Shown piece after piece: positions 12,101 to 24,960 of a stretch of DNA of 64,000 bases (position 1 is its first letter; every line of letters begins with the position of its first letter). The DNA comes from Pristiophorus japonicus (lineage: Eukaryota), in assembly GCF_044704955.1 (NCBI RefSeq), contig NC_091992.1:123132001-123196000 (forward strand). Reading direction: 5' to 3'. Under the pieces are notes generated by a model that was not told the DNA's origin, searched no databases, and saw only the letters and a list, made by a program, of their open reading frames with translations. Position numbers and translations under genes: made by a program.

Positions 12101-12604
12101 TTTCTGTCGGGCAAGCAGTCTGACAACACAGACGCAGTGGAGGAGTCAAGAGAGGTGGTAATGAGGTCGAGCTACGTGTCATCAGTGTACATGTGGAACC
12201 TGATGTCATGTCTTCAGAGTATGTCGCCAAGGAGCAACATGTAGATGAGAAATAGGAGGTGGCCGAGGATAGATCCTTGGGGGACTCCAGACATAACAGT
12301 GTGGTACCATCTCAGTAAGGTTATTTTTATATGGTCACCGTTCAAAAAAAATCATCACCCCCAAAGCACTACATCACCATCAATGCCAGCTAGTGTTTGA
12401 AAATGTTGACTCGACACACATTAGGGAACTGCCCTCAGCTACCTCTATTGAAATAAAGCGCATCACCACTACCTCTAATTAAATGAATTTCATATTCAGA
12501 TAACCGAACCCAAGTGTGTCACAGGCAGGGTTAGAAAGTAAAGGTAAGAAGTATCTCTGCTCCAACACAGTTACAGTGAGAGTACAAGAACATAGTCTGG
12601 GGAA

Positions 12605-13564
12605 GGGGGCAATTTTCCCCGGATAATTTAGGCACTCAAGAGCCTCCGCGGTGGTCAAGATGGGGTCTTAAGCTGAAATGCTGGACTGGCCCGCTATCTT
12701 GGTAAAGGAGTTGATGTGTGTACTGGGAATGGGCGCCTGGAGAATCATTAAGGGGTTGATTGCCACTTAAATTGTCTCCTAGCAATCGTTAAGGAGGTTG
12801 CACAGCATATTGGTGGCTAGCACTTGACCTAATGCCCTCTCCGAACAGTGACCAGTTGATTGAGAGCAAACAAGCTGCTGCAGAAGATTTCGAGTGCCAC
12901 TTAAAGATATGTCTCTTTTTACTGTCACTTGCTGCAGGAGGGTGGAAAAGCACTTTTCAAACACATCGGGAGACTTTATGGGACACTTTATCAAGACTTC
13001 ACCAACACTCTCTCAGCATTTATTCTGGAATTTCTGAGGACTTCACCTAAAAAGAATGTGCTGTGCCACTGTACCATATAGGAGTCAGCAGGAGTAAGGG
13101 GTTAGAGGTCTGCAGGAGGAATGGGAGGAGGACATGAGGCCAGGCAGACCAGCACCAGCAGGAGAGAGGGACAGGAGGACGAGGCGGACTCCTTCCCGAC
13201 CTCTGAGTACAGAACATCTCACCTCTTCTATCATGACCTCCAGTGCCGTGTTTGAGAACCTGTACACCCTCTCACTCAGTCCCTGAGCCATCCTGAAACC
13301 TGCTGAAGTGTGTCAGTCAGCAAACTCAACACCTTCAGCGGAAGTGGGTGAGTGGAGCCCACATATACTGCTCCACAAAAATTGCATCTAATCAGCACTT
13401 GAGTGCTAAACCTGTGGGTATCTCTGATTTAACACCTCCAGGCAAGTTCAAATTAGGGTAATCAGCAATTAGGCCCAAATTTGCGCACTAAAAACAGACT
13501 TTCAAACAGGCGTGTGTTATTAGCACAACACCCATTTAGCACCTGTTTTCACGAAAATAACCCC
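12605..13564 (-). mobile_element. Non-autonomous PIF/Harbinger-like DNA transposon with Myb/SANT remnant
   Basis: Imperfect TIRs ggggcaattttc / gaaaataacccc. Minus-strand peptide ERVYRFSNTALEVMIEEVR resembles the Harbinger Myb/SANT N-terminus. Absent from the paralogous block near 37510. TSD unclear. Confidence 0.55.
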
Positions 13565-13894
13565 TTGGGTCTTCATCCAAACACATCTGCAAATGTTTCA
13601 AGGGACTGACGACTCCTGGAACCATTCCCTGCTACATGAAATTTGGAAAAGTGACGAACTTTGACATCTTGGGTGTACTTCAGTGCTTTGATGCCTAGTT
13701 TTTATCTTAGTAATATTAGTTATAACTTGACAGATGGTTGCAGTTATCGCTCGCACTGAGTGAGACCGACATAAAATGGGCAGTTCTGGATCTGTTGTAG
13801 CCCATCTAACAGATGTATCGGAACCATAAACAGACTTGCAACGGGGTGCGGGAGTTAATTGGAATTCAGCTCCGATCACTCTACAGATCTAAAC

Positions 13895-14275
13895 GTTTAA
13901 TTTGTTTATTGTGCCAGTTTTAGTGCCCCCCCCCCTCTTTTAGCCGGGGGCACTTGTATAATTTGTGTGTTGGTGCCCTCAAAAGAAAAACAAGGGGGCA
14001 CTTGAAAAGTTTTTGGAATGTGCCTCCCCCTTTGATCAGGGGGCACTTGATTACTGATACAACTTAAAATAGTTGTAGAGCTGTTGCATTGTGAGTGGCT
14101 TAGCCAGTCACATGGTGTTCACAAGACTCAATAAAACCCCAGTTGGGTCTAGACCAGTCATGATGACATATGTTGTGATGTTTAAAGTGCACAACTAAAA
14201 TAGTTGAAATGTTTTCGACCCCCCCACCCCGTTGCAGGGGCATTTGTTTAAGGTGCACAACTAAAATAGTTGAAC
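13895..14275 (+). mobile_element. Tx1-like LINE 3' UTR fragments with tandem GC hairpins, mixed with an LTR-like segment
   Basis: Three gtgcc...ggcac hairpins (13922-13954, 13973-14001, 14020-14046) and three caact(t)aaaatagttg mini-hairpins. A similar hairpin follows the Tx1-like ORF end at 57531-57815. Confidence 0.5.
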
Positions 14276-15491
14276 TGGTGCTGTGTGATTGTTAAACTTT
14301 GCGAATACTGCTACAACTACAGTGAGAGTGAAGGTGAACCCAGGACCGTGTGAGAGGAGGAAGAAAAGCTGCAGTTGTGAACCTAGTGGATGAACTGAAT
14401 TGTTAAACCCTTGTTGACAGCACAAATAGATACAATACTCCTCTTTCCTCATCCGCCCTGCCCCGCCAGTCGAAGACGTTGTACTATCCCTCGCTGTTTC
14501 AGTGGAATCCAGTTGCTATTCAGCAGTAGCTGAGAACCCAAAACTTTACCATTCAAGTTGTTTTACTGCTTGCCCCCAAGCGGCTGCCCGGGGGGTCATT
14601 TTTACTCTCTCTTAAACCCGTAACAATGTGTCGCCGGTGTAAAAATAATTCTGAAGAATTATTATGGCAGCGTTGCTGCGCTGTGTGAGAGGGCAGAGCG
14701 AGGTGAATGTTTTCACAATTCTTACAGTAATGTACAGGTGGATAGAAACCGGCTCAGTATACTGGCGCCTTTCAGATGTGTATTTGCTTTGTGCGGATCC
14801 TGGCAGAGCCGTTCACCATTATTTCTGTCAGCGATTGTACAATTCTGCTCTTGATCTTGAGTAATTGCCGAGGTTCGAGATTAACACGGCGCTGGTTTTA
14901 CCTTGAATTCTGTTTACATTTCTGTTCAGGAATATGTTCGCGTGTGTCTGCGGTTGCTCGTGTTTGTAAATACAAGTTGTGTGTTCATGCTGTAGAAAAG
15001 GACATTTTGATGCAAAAAGGGGAACTGTTTGAATTTCCATGTTTGAAGCTAGATGATCGTTACCCCGCAATACCTGTTGTATATATCTTTGAACCCCACA
15101 CTAATTTCGGAAGACTACCGACTATTTTTTCTTCCCTTGTATCAATAGCAATGATTCCATTGCAAGTACATGGAAGAAATGGCATGACAAGTCATCACCA
15201 ACTACAATGAGAAAGTGCGGCACCATATGAAGCAACTGATGGGAAGGTTTAAGGGGAAACCAATACTGAAAAACATTATATTCGACCTGTCCAAAATCTT
15301 ACAAAAGGTAAAGTGCGGGTGCGATTGCGGTGACACATGATGAAACGAACAGGAGTCGCTATAACCGATTACGATAGAGTAAAAAAACAGGATTAACCCC
15401 GAAACCGTCCTCAATAGTTTATAACTTAAAATGTCTCATAATTAAGTTACAATCACTATGAAATATCGCAACTGATCAAGAATCGCTGTAC

Positions 15492-15672
15492 CTTCGCAAA
15501 TTCTCCAGAGCCCAGAATGGGAGTTTAAATCTTCCCAGTCCTCGCCGTAGTTATATCTGGAGTTTGAAACGTCGATAATGTACCAATAATCCGTGCCGAT
15601 CGCTACCGCTAGAAACACGAAACTTAAGAGTCCAATTAACCCAGCGGTCACGCAGACCGTTCCAAGAGTCAT
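15492..15672 (-). CDS. TMEM235: Transmembrane protein 235 (PMP22/claudin superfamily), coding exon 1; later exons not found in window
   Basis: MTLGTVCVTAGLIGLLSFVFLAVAIGTDYWYIID...NSHSGLWRICEG: TM1, TDYWY and HSGLWRxCEG signature of TMEM114/235. Phase-1 GT donor at 15491-15490. CpG-rich. Tandem downstream of BIRC5 as in human, which favours TMEM235 over TMEM114. Confidence 0.88.
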
Positions 15673-16149
15673 CTTATTACAAATATCGCTCGCTATGTCA
15701 GGCTGATCATGGTATTGGGTTGAATCCTCCCCTTTCTGCGTGTTCCTGTCTGCGGACGGTGCTCGATTAACTGTGCGCGATTTCCTCGAACTCAATGTCC
15801 TTTCCAATCCCAAAATTCCAGTTACAAAAGATACAAAGAGATGGGAAACAAGAGCCTCCACAAACGTACATTTAAAGGGGTGGGGGAAGCTGTAGACAAT
15901 TGTTAGTGGTTGGATGTTATCTCTCTCCCACCCCGAGCTTCATTTACAGGTATTTGGGCTCTTGCATTATTGTTACTCTTTATCGGGGTCACGTTCAATT
16001 TCCAAGGCTTTGGCAATCAGTTAAAATAACAAACTAAAATCCTTGGTTTTTACAGCAGGTACCTGGCAGGTGGTTAGCCCACAGCTAACTCCTGGCTGCA
16101 AACGGGTCACATGCCATGTTCTCAGTGACCATAATACATTGACTGTACC

Positions 16150-16211
16150 AATTGTAAATACGCCTCCTTAACCCTTGCTAGATGGAGTAGCACTAGAAAA
16201 GCTCCCGCAGC
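16150..16211 (-). pseudogene. HSP70 pseudogene fragment 4 (putative extreme C-terminus)
   Basis: Joins fragment 3 across the RTE target-site duplication. gttaaggaggcgtattta resembles a decayed I-E-E-V-D-stop. Weak match. Confidence 0.35.
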
Positions 16212-18387
16212 AAGCTATCCGCCACCACCTCAGTAAAACCCCAGCACTGCAGGAGGGAGAAAAAGCCATAAGACAGCTTAAGAGCAAGGCTACGGGAGGG
16301 GATGGAATCCCGGTTGGGGCATGGAAGTATGGTGGAGAGGCACTGTTGGTGCGAATACACGACCTCATCCCTCATCTGGAGGGAGGAGAGCATGCCGAGG
16401 AATCTCAGAGATGCAGTGATCGTGACCATCTTTTAAAAAAGGGGACAAGTCCAACTGCGGCAACTACAGAGGAATCTCCCTGCAATCAGCCACTGGGAAA
16501 GTCTTCGCTAGAGTCCTCCTCAACCGTCTTCTCCCTGTGGCTGAGGAGCTCTTCCCGGAGTCACAGTGCAGATTTCGTCACCTACGGAGCGCAACGGACA
16601 TGATTTTTACAGTGCGACAGCTGCAGAAAAAAAATGCAGGGAACAGCACCAGCCCTTGTACATGGCCTTCTTCGACCTTACAAAAGCTTTTGACACTGTC
16701 AACCGCGAGGGTCAATGGAGCGTCCTCCTCCATTTCGGATGCCCCCAAAAGTTCGTCACCGTCCTCCGCCTGCTCCACGATGACATGCAGGCCGTGATCC
16801 TTACCAACGGATCCATTACAGACCCATTCCACATCCGGACCGGGGTCAAACAGGGCTGTGTCATCGCCCCAACCCTCTTCTCAATCTTCCTCGCTGCTGT
16901 GTTCCACCTCACAGTCAACAAGCTCCCTGCTGGAGTGGAACTAAACTACAGAACCAGTGGGAACCTGTCAACCTTCCGTCATCTCCAGGCCAGGTCCAAG
17001 ACCACCACAAACTCTGTCGTCGAGTTACAGTACGCGGATGACACCAGCATCTGCGCACACACAGAGGCTGAACTCCAAGTCATAGTCAACGTATTTACTG
17101 AGGCGTATGAAAGCATAGGCCTTACGCTAAACATCCGTAAGACAAAGGACCTCCACCAGCCTGTCCTTGTCGCAAGAATTGCCCCCCAGTCATCAAGATC
17201 CACGGCGCGGCCCTGGACAATGTGGACCATTTCCCATAACTCAGGAGCCTCTTATCAACAAGAGCAGATATTGATGACGAGATTCAACACCGCCTCCAGT
17301 GTGCCAGTGCCGCCTTCGGCCACCTGAGGAAAGAATGTTTGAAGACCAGGCCCTCAAATCTGCTACCTAGCTCATGGTCTACAGGGCTGTAGTAATACCT
17401 GCCCTCCTCAGAGACATGGACCATGTACAGGAGACACATTGCTCCCTCCGCTCCCCGGCATGCTCCGATGGTGCTCGCAGGCCGGGGGCCGCGCAGACTG
17501 CTGGGCCAGCCCACACTGCGATATGTGTGCGCACTAGGTCCATGCAGCAGAGCTGGTCTCCTGTCGTCTTGGATAACTCTTGTCACTGGAACAAGACCTA
17601 TCTCCATCAAGCTCATGTGGTGGCTGGTGTGCAACGGCCACCACATGTTAAAAAAATCCACGCACAGGCATCTTCCGCCCTTCAAGATTTAGTTCGTGAC
17701 CTGGAATATTAGGTCCTTCAATGAAACATCTGTGAACTTTTTGGCATGGAAGCAAGTCATCCTCGACTCGAGGGACTGCCTATGATGACAGTAGACACCT
17801 CAAGTCGCTGGAGAAATACCACCAACGATGTCTCAGCAAGATCCTACAAATTCCCTCGGAGGACAGACGCTCCAACATTAACGTCCTCGACCAGGCCAAC
17901 ATCCCCAGCATTGAAGCACTGACCACACTTGATCAGCTCCGCTGGGCAGGCCACATTGTTTGCATGCCAGACACGAAACTCCCAAAGCAAGCGCTCTACT
18001 CGGAACTCCTTCACGGCAAATGGGCCAAAGGTGGGCAGAGGAAACGTTACAAGGACACCCTCAAAGCTTCCCTGGATAAAGTACAACATCCCCACTGACT
18101 CCTGGGAGTCCCTGGCCAAAGACTGCCCTAAGTGGAGGAAGTGCATCCGGGAGGGCGCTGAGCACCTCGAGTCTCAACACCGACAGCATACAGAAACCAA
18201 GCGCAGGCAGCGGAAAGAGCATGCAGCAAACCAGTCCCATTCACCCCTTCCCTCAACAACTATCTGTCCCACCTGTGACAGGGACTTGGTTTTCGTATTG
18301 GACTGTTCAGCCACCTAAGGACTTTTTCTTTTAAAGAATGGAAGCAAGTCTTCCTCGATTCCGAGGAACTGCCTATAATGATGTTGA
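16212..18387 (+). mobile_element. 5'-truncated RTE-clade LINE
   Basis: RT motifs FFDLTKAFDTV, GVKQGCVIAPTLF and LQYADD; C-terminal CPTC remnant; (ATG)n tail. Degenerate ~16-bp TSD gaaaagctcccgcagc (16196-16211) / ggaaagctgccccagc (18388-18403). Confidence 0.92.
17438..17787 (+). mobile_element. Non-autonomous RTE derivative inserted into the RTE LINE
   Basis: 11-bp TSD acaggagacac (17427-17437) / acagtagacac (17788-17798). Body matches 2650-2940. Confidence 0.85.
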
Positions 18388-18565
18388 GGAAAGCTGCCCC
18401 AGCCCTCAATATAACTGATTGGTAGGGATGCAGTTCTCACTTGTTGCAACTCATTTTCTTTCTTTACAGTCGTTTGGTTCTTATCTAGACAGTTAATCAC
18501 TTTATTACATTTATCCAATTTTTTTGGCTCATCATCATCTCCAGGTTTTCCTTTTCAGTTTCAGT
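18388..18565 (-). pseudogene. HSP70 pseudogene fragment 3 (alpha-helical lid)
   Basis: LDKCNKVINCLDKNQTTVKKE matches HSP70/HSC70 [21 protein letters not shown]. Confidence 0.85.
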
Positions 18566-19449
18566 GTGTAACCTGGAGGGGAACTTGCAGGTGGTGGTGT
18601 TTCCCATGCACCTGCTGCCCTCGTCCTCCTAGGTGGTAGAGGTCGCGGGTTTTGGAGGTGTTGTCGAAGAAGCCTTGGTGAGTTGCTGCAGTGCATCTTA
18701 CAGATGGTACATATTTCAGCCACGGTGCGCCGGTGGTGGAGGGAGTGAATGTTTAAGATGGTGAATGAGGTGCCAATCAAGTGGGCTTCTCAAGTGTTAA
18801 TGAAGCTGCACTCATCCAGGCAAGTGGAGAGTATTCCATCATACTCCTGACGTGTGCCTTGTAGATGGTGAAAAGGCTTTGAGCAGTCAGGAAGTGAGAC
18901 ACATGTCTCAGAATACCCAGCCTCTGACCTGCTCTTGTAGCCACAGTATTTATGTGGCTTGCCCAGTTAAGTTTCTGGTCAATGGTGGCCCCCAGGATTG
19001 ATGGTAATGATGATAAATGTAGGGGGTGGTGATTAGACTCTCTCTTGTTGGACGTAGTCATTGCCTGGCAATTGTGTGGCGCAAATGTTACTTGCCACTT
19101 ATCAGCCCAAGCCTGAATGTCATCTACGTCTTGCTGCATACGGACATGGATTGCTTCATTATCTGAGGAGCCCCTCCGGGGCTGAGATGATTAGCCTCCA
19201 ACAACCACCATCCTTTATGCTAGGTATGACTCCAGCCAGTGGAGAGTCCCCCCCTCCCCCGCCCCGATTCCTATTGACTTCAATTTTACTAGGGCTCCGT
19301 CAAATGTTGCCTTGATGTCAAGGCCAGTCACTCTCACCTCACCTCTGGAATTCAGCTCTTTTGTCCTGTCCATGTTTGGACCAAGGCTGTAATGAGGTGC
19401 GGTGCCAAGAGGTCCAGGCAGAATCCAAACGGAGCATCAATGGAAAGGT

Positions 19450-22003
19450 CATAGAAACATAGAAACTAGGTGCAGGAGTAGGCCATTCGGCCCTTCGAGC
19501 CTGCACCGCCATTCAATGAGTTCATGGCTGAACATGCAACTTCAGTACCCCATTCCTGCTTTCTCGCCATACCCCTTGATCCCCCTAGTAGTAAGGACTA
19601 CATCGAACTCCTTTTTGAATATATTTAGTGAATTGGCCTCAACAACTTTCTGTGGTCGAGAATTCCACAGGTTCACCACTCTCTGGGTGAAGAAGTTTCT
19701 CCTCATCTCGGTCCTAAATGGCTTACCCCTTATCCTTAGACTGTGACCCCTGGTTCTGGACTTCCCCAACATTGGGAACATTCTTCCTGCATCTAACCTG
19801 TCTAAACCCGTCAGAATTTTAAACGTTTCTATGAGATCCCCTCTCATTCTTCTGAACTCCAGTGAATACAAGCCCAGTTGATCCAGTCTTTCTTGATATG
19901 TCAGTCCCGCCATCCCGGGAATCAGTCTGGTGAGCCTTCGCTGCACGCCCTCAATAGCAAGAATGTCCTTCCTCAAGTTAGGAGCCCAAAACTGTACACA
20001 ATACTCCAGGTGTGGCCTCACCAAGGCCCTGTACAACTGTAGTAACACCTCCCTTCCCCTGTACTCAAATCCCCTAGCTATGAAGGCCAACATGCCATTT
20101 TCTTTCTTAACCGCCTGCTGTACCTGCATGCCAACCTTCAATGACTGATGTACTATGATACCGAGGTCTCGTTGCACCTCCCCTTTTCCAAATCTGTCAC
20201 CATTCAGATAATAATCTGTCTCTCTGTTTTTACCAACTAAGTGGATAACCTCACATTTATCCACATTATACTACATCTGCCATGCATTTGCCCTCACCTA
20301 ACCAAGTCACTCTGCAGCCTCATAGCATTATCCTCGCAGCTCACACTGCCACCCAACTTAGTGTCATCCGCAAATTTGGAGACACTACATTTAATCCCCT
20401 CGTCTAAATCATTAATGTACAACGTAAGCAGATGGGACACCAGCACGGAACCCTGCGGGACCCCACTAGTCACTGCCTGCCATTCTGAAAAGTCCCCATT
20501 TACTCCTACTCTTTGCTTCCCGTCTGCCAACCAGTTCTCAATCCACGTCAGCACACTACCCCCAATCCCATGTGCTTTAACTTTGCACATTAATCTCTTG
20601 TGTGGGACCTTGTCGAAAGCCTTCTGAAAGTCCAAATATACCACATCAACTGGTTCTCCCTTGTCCACTCTACTGGAAACATCCTCAAAAAATTCCAGAA
20701 AATTTGTCAAGCATGATTTCCCTTTCACAAATCCATGCTGACTTGGACCTATCATGTCACCTCTTTCCAAATGCGCTGCTATGACATCTTTAATAATTGA
20801 TTCCATCATTTTACCCACTACCGATGTCAGGCTGACTGGTCTATAATTCCGTTTTCTCTCTCCCTCCTTTTTTAAAAAGTGAGGTTACATTGGCTACCCT
20901 CCACTCCATAGGAACTGATTCAGAGTCTATGGAATGTTAGAAAATGACTGTCAATGCATCCGCTATTTCCAAGGCCACCTCCTTAAGTACTCTGGGATGC
21001 AGACTATCAGGCCCTGGGGATGTATCGGCCTTCAATCCCATCAATTTCCCCAACACAATTTCCCGACAAATAAGGATTTCCCTCAGTTCCTCCTTATTAC
21101 TAGACCCTCTGACCCCTTTTATATCCAGAAGGTTGTTTGTGTCCTCCTTAGTGAATATCGAACCAAAGTACTTGTTCAATTGGTCCGCCATTTCTTTGTT
21201 CCCCGTTATGACTTCCCCTGATTCTAACTGCAGGGGACCTACGTTTGTCTTTACTAACCTTTTTCTCTTTACATATCGATAGAAGCTTTTGCAGTCCGTT
21301 TTAATGTTCCCTGCAAGCTTCCTCTCGTATTCTATTTTCCCTGCCCTAATCAAACCATTTGTCCTCCTCTGCTGAGTTCTAAATTTCTCTTAGTCCCCGG
21401 GTTCGCTGCTATTTCTGGCCAATTTGTATGCCACTTCCTTGGCTTTAATATTATCCCTGATTTCCCTTGATAGCCACGGTTGAGCCACCTTTCCTTTTTT
21501 ATTTTTACGCCAGACAGGGATGTACAATTCTTGTAGTTCATCCATGCGGTCTCTAAATGTCTGCCATTGCCCATCCACAGTCAACCCCTTAAGTATCATT
21601 CGCCAATCTATCCTAGCCAATTCACGCCTCATACCTTCAAAGTTACCCTTCTTTAAGTTCTGGACCATGGTCTCTGAATTAACTGTTTCATTCTCCATCC
21701 TAATGTAGAATTCCACCATATTATGGTCACTCTTCCCCAAGGGGCCTCGCACAACGAGATTGCTAATTAATCCTCTCTCATTACCCAACACCCAGTCTAA
21801 GATGGCCTTCCCCCTAGTTGGTTCCTCGACATATTGGTCTAGAAAACCATCCCTTATGTACTCCAGGAAATCCTCCTTCACCGTATTGTTTCCACTTTGG
21901 TTAGCCCAATCTATATGCATGTTAAAGTCACCCGTGATAACTGCTGCACCTTTATTGCATGCATGCCTAATTTCCTGTTTGATGCCCTCCCCAACATCAT
22001 TGT
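19450..22003 (-). mobile_element. 5'-truncated CR1 (young subfamily, like 60321-63415)
   Basis: APE C-terminal half plus RT (FADDTK) plus tail, with several frameshifts. Confidence 0.93.
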
Positions 22004-22711
22004 TAAGTGCCACTTGATAGCACTGTCGACGACACCTCCCATCACTTTGCTGATGATTGAGAGTAGACTGATGGGGCGGTAATTAGACAAATTGGATTTG
22101 TCCTGCTTTTTGTCGACAGAACATACCTGGGCAGTTTTCCACATTGTCAGGTAGATGCCAGTGTTGCAGCTGTATTGGCACAGCTTGGCTAAAGGCACGG
22201 CTATTTCTGGAACACAAGTCTTCAGCATGACAGCCAAGATGTTGTCATGGCCCATAGCCTTTGCTGTATCCAGTGCGCTCAGCCGTTTCTTTCATGTGGA
22301 GTAAATCAAATTGGCTAAAGACGGGCTTCTATGATGGTAGGTACTTCAGGAACAGGTCGAGGTGGATCATAAACTCGGCAATTCTGGCTTAAATGGTTGC
22401 AAATGCTTCAGCCTTGTCTTTTGCACTTGTGTGCTGATCTCTGCCATCATTGAGGATGGAGATGTTCATGGAGCCTCCTCCTCCTGTTAGTTATTTAATT
22501 GTCCATCACCATTCACGACTGGATGTGGCAGGACTGCAGAGCTTTGATCTGATCCGTTGGTTGTGGGATCACTGAGCTCTGTTTATAGCATGCTTCTTCT
22601 GCTGTTTAGCATGCACGTAGTCCTGTGTTGCAGCTTTCTCAGGTGGGCACCTAATATTTAGGTACGCCTGGTGCTGCTCTTTGCATTCTCTTCTGCACTC
22701 CTCGTTGAACC

Positions 22712-24960
22712 AGGGTTCTAGACTCCCCAGTAGGAGGAAACATCCTCCCTGCATCTACCCTGTCAAGCCCTGTTAGAATTGTGTATGTTTCAGTGAGATC
22801 ATCTCCCATTCTCATAAACACTAGAGAATATAGGCCTAGTCTACTCAATCTCTCCTCGTAGGAGAATCCCCATCCCAGGAATCATCCTGGTGAACCTTCG
22901 TACTCCTTCCTTAGGTATGAGACCAAAACGGTACACAATACTCCAGGTGCGGTCTCACCAGGGCCCTATATAATTGCAGTAAGATGTCTTTACTCTTATA
23001 TTCAAATCCTCTTGTAATAACAGCCAACATTCCTTTTGCTTTCTTAATTGCTTGTTGTACCTGCATGTTAACTTTCAGTGCACCTCTGAACACCAACATT
23101 TCCAAATCTCACCATTTAAAAAAATACTCTGCTTCTCTATTTTTTTCTACCAAAGTGGATAACTTCACATTTCTCTACATTATATTCCATTTGCCATGTT
23201 CTTGCCCACTCACTTAGCCTGTCTATATCTCCTTGAAGTCTCTATCCATCCTCCTCACAACTTACATTCCCACCTAGCTTTGTATCATCAGCAAACTTGT
23301 ATATATTACATTTGGTCCTCTCATCCAAATCATTCATATAGATTGTGAATAGCTGGGGCCCAAACATCGATCCTTGCCCCACTAGTTACAGCCTGCTAAC
23401 CCAAAAATGACTCGTTTATTCCTACTCTCCTTTTTCTGTCCGTTATCCAATCCTCAATCCATGCTCGGATATTACCCCCAATCCCATGAGCCCTAATTTT
23501 ATTTAATAACCTCTTGTGTGGCCCCTTATTGAATACCTTCTGAAAATCCAAATACACAACATCCACTGGTTCCCCCTTATCTATTCTACCAGCTCTAACA
23601 GATTTGTCAAACGTGATTTCTGTTATGTTCTTAATAAAGTGGTGTAACTAAGTACTATAGACGTGAGTAAGTTGATACCTTGCCATCAGTACGCTCTCCT
23701 TCGGATTTAGATGTTCCCGGACCAGCATACACAGTTCTTCATACGATTTTGTTTTTGGTTTCACCGGAGCAAGAAGATTCTTCATGAGGCCATAGGTTGT
23801 TGCCCCACAGACGGTGAGGAGGATCGCCCTTCATTTGGCAGCGTTCTTATCCCCTTCCAGCTCGTTGGCCACGAAGTATTGGTCAAGTCACTCCATGGAG
23901 GCCTCCCAATCGTCCCCTTCTGAGAATTTCTCTAGGATGCCAACAGTTCTCTGCATTTTCGCGTGATAGTTCGTTATCACGTCGCCAGTTGTTATGTTCA
24001 TAATAAAGTGGTGTAACTGAGTACTGTAGATGTGAGTAAATGTGACCTTAGTTCCTTTATTCTAACTCGAGTGCTGGTACAGCATGGGAGGCCTGCTTAT
24101 ATACAGTGCTCCCAAGGGATGCTGGGATCCCTTGGGACTCCAACAGGTACGCCCTCAGGTGGCGGTATAATACTGATTACATAGGGTTGCATACATAACA
24201 ATTTCCATTTCATAAATCAGTGTTGACTCTGCCCAATCCTATTATTCTTTTCTAAGTGCCCTGTTACCACATCCTTAATAATAGATTCTAACATTTTCCC
24301 TACTACTGATGTCAGGCTAACTGGTCTGTAATTCTCCGTTTTCTCTCTCCCTCCTTTCTTAAACAGCGGGATTACATTTGCTACCTTCCAATCTGCAGGA
24401 AACACTCTAGAATCTATGGAATTTTGGAAGATGACAATCAGTGCATCCACTATCTCCATAGCCACCTCTTTCAAAACCCTAGGATGTAGGCCATCAGGTC
24501 CAGGGGATTTATCTGCTTTCAGTCCCATTAATTTCTCCAGTACTTTTTTTTTTACTCATGAATTTCTTTCTGTTCCTCATTCTCGTTAGATCCTTGGTTT
24601 CTCACTATTTCCTGGAGGTTTTTCCTGTCTTCTGTGAAGACAGACAACCAGTATTTGTTTAATTTCTCTGCCATTTCCTTATTCCCCATTATAATTTCTC
24701 CTGTCTCAGCCTGTAGGGGACCCACATTTACTTTTGATCTTTTCCTTTTTACATACCTATAGAAGCTTTTACAGTCTGTTTTTGTCTGTTGCTAGTTTAC
24801 TCTCATTCTATTTTCCCTTTCTTTATCAATTTCTTGGTCCTCCTTTGCTGAATTCTAAAATCCTCAGGCTTACTGCTATTTTTGTCAACATTATAAGTCT
24901 CTTCCTTTGATCTAATACTATTTTTTACTTCTCGATAGCCTGTGGGGCTTTTGTGCCTTA
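22712..24960 (-). mobile_element. CR1 ORF2 fragment, older, split by a Gypsy insertion
   Basis: KSPGPDGLHPRVLKE, NYRPVSLTSVVGK and LVRPHLEYCV. Confidence 0.88.
23621..24200 (-). mobile_element. Internally deleted Gypsy (Mag-like) LTR element
   Basis: 5-bp TSD ATTTC on both sides. Full 5' LTR 23990-24200, PBS tggcgacg, gag start MQRTVGILEKFSEGDDWEASME*LDQYFVANEL...LNPKESVLMARYQ. Only ~52 bp of the 3' LTR remains (23621-23672). Confidence 0.88.

Larger units (their letters stand above)
10125..12305 (-). mobile_element. L2-clade LINE 3' portion, interrupted by a solo LTR and a family-X LINE
   Basis: HDFVTSRLDYSNAFLVGL, KLQLIQNSAARIL and a YADD-region remnant near 12180. (TTG)n-type tail like the L2 at 50600. 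Confidence 0.8.
3770..13632 (+). repeat. Copy A of an old non-coding duplicated block, split by TE insertions (unique parts ~3770-4910, 9925-10120, 12372-12600, 13565-13632)
   Basis: Collinear similarity to 35950-37575, e.g. tatcaatggattgtgtgct.aggtgccttcta, tagccatgataaactggctgtgtgggtt, aaaatagatgg.taggagtga, atcaccatcaatg.cagc, gggtcttcatc. Confidence 0.85.

Noticed and set aside
13895-14275. Repeat-spacer-like pattern suggesting a CRISPR-type array
   Set aside because: Vertebrate DNA, degenerate repeats, irregular spacing and no cas genes; better explained as LINE 3' UTR hairpins.
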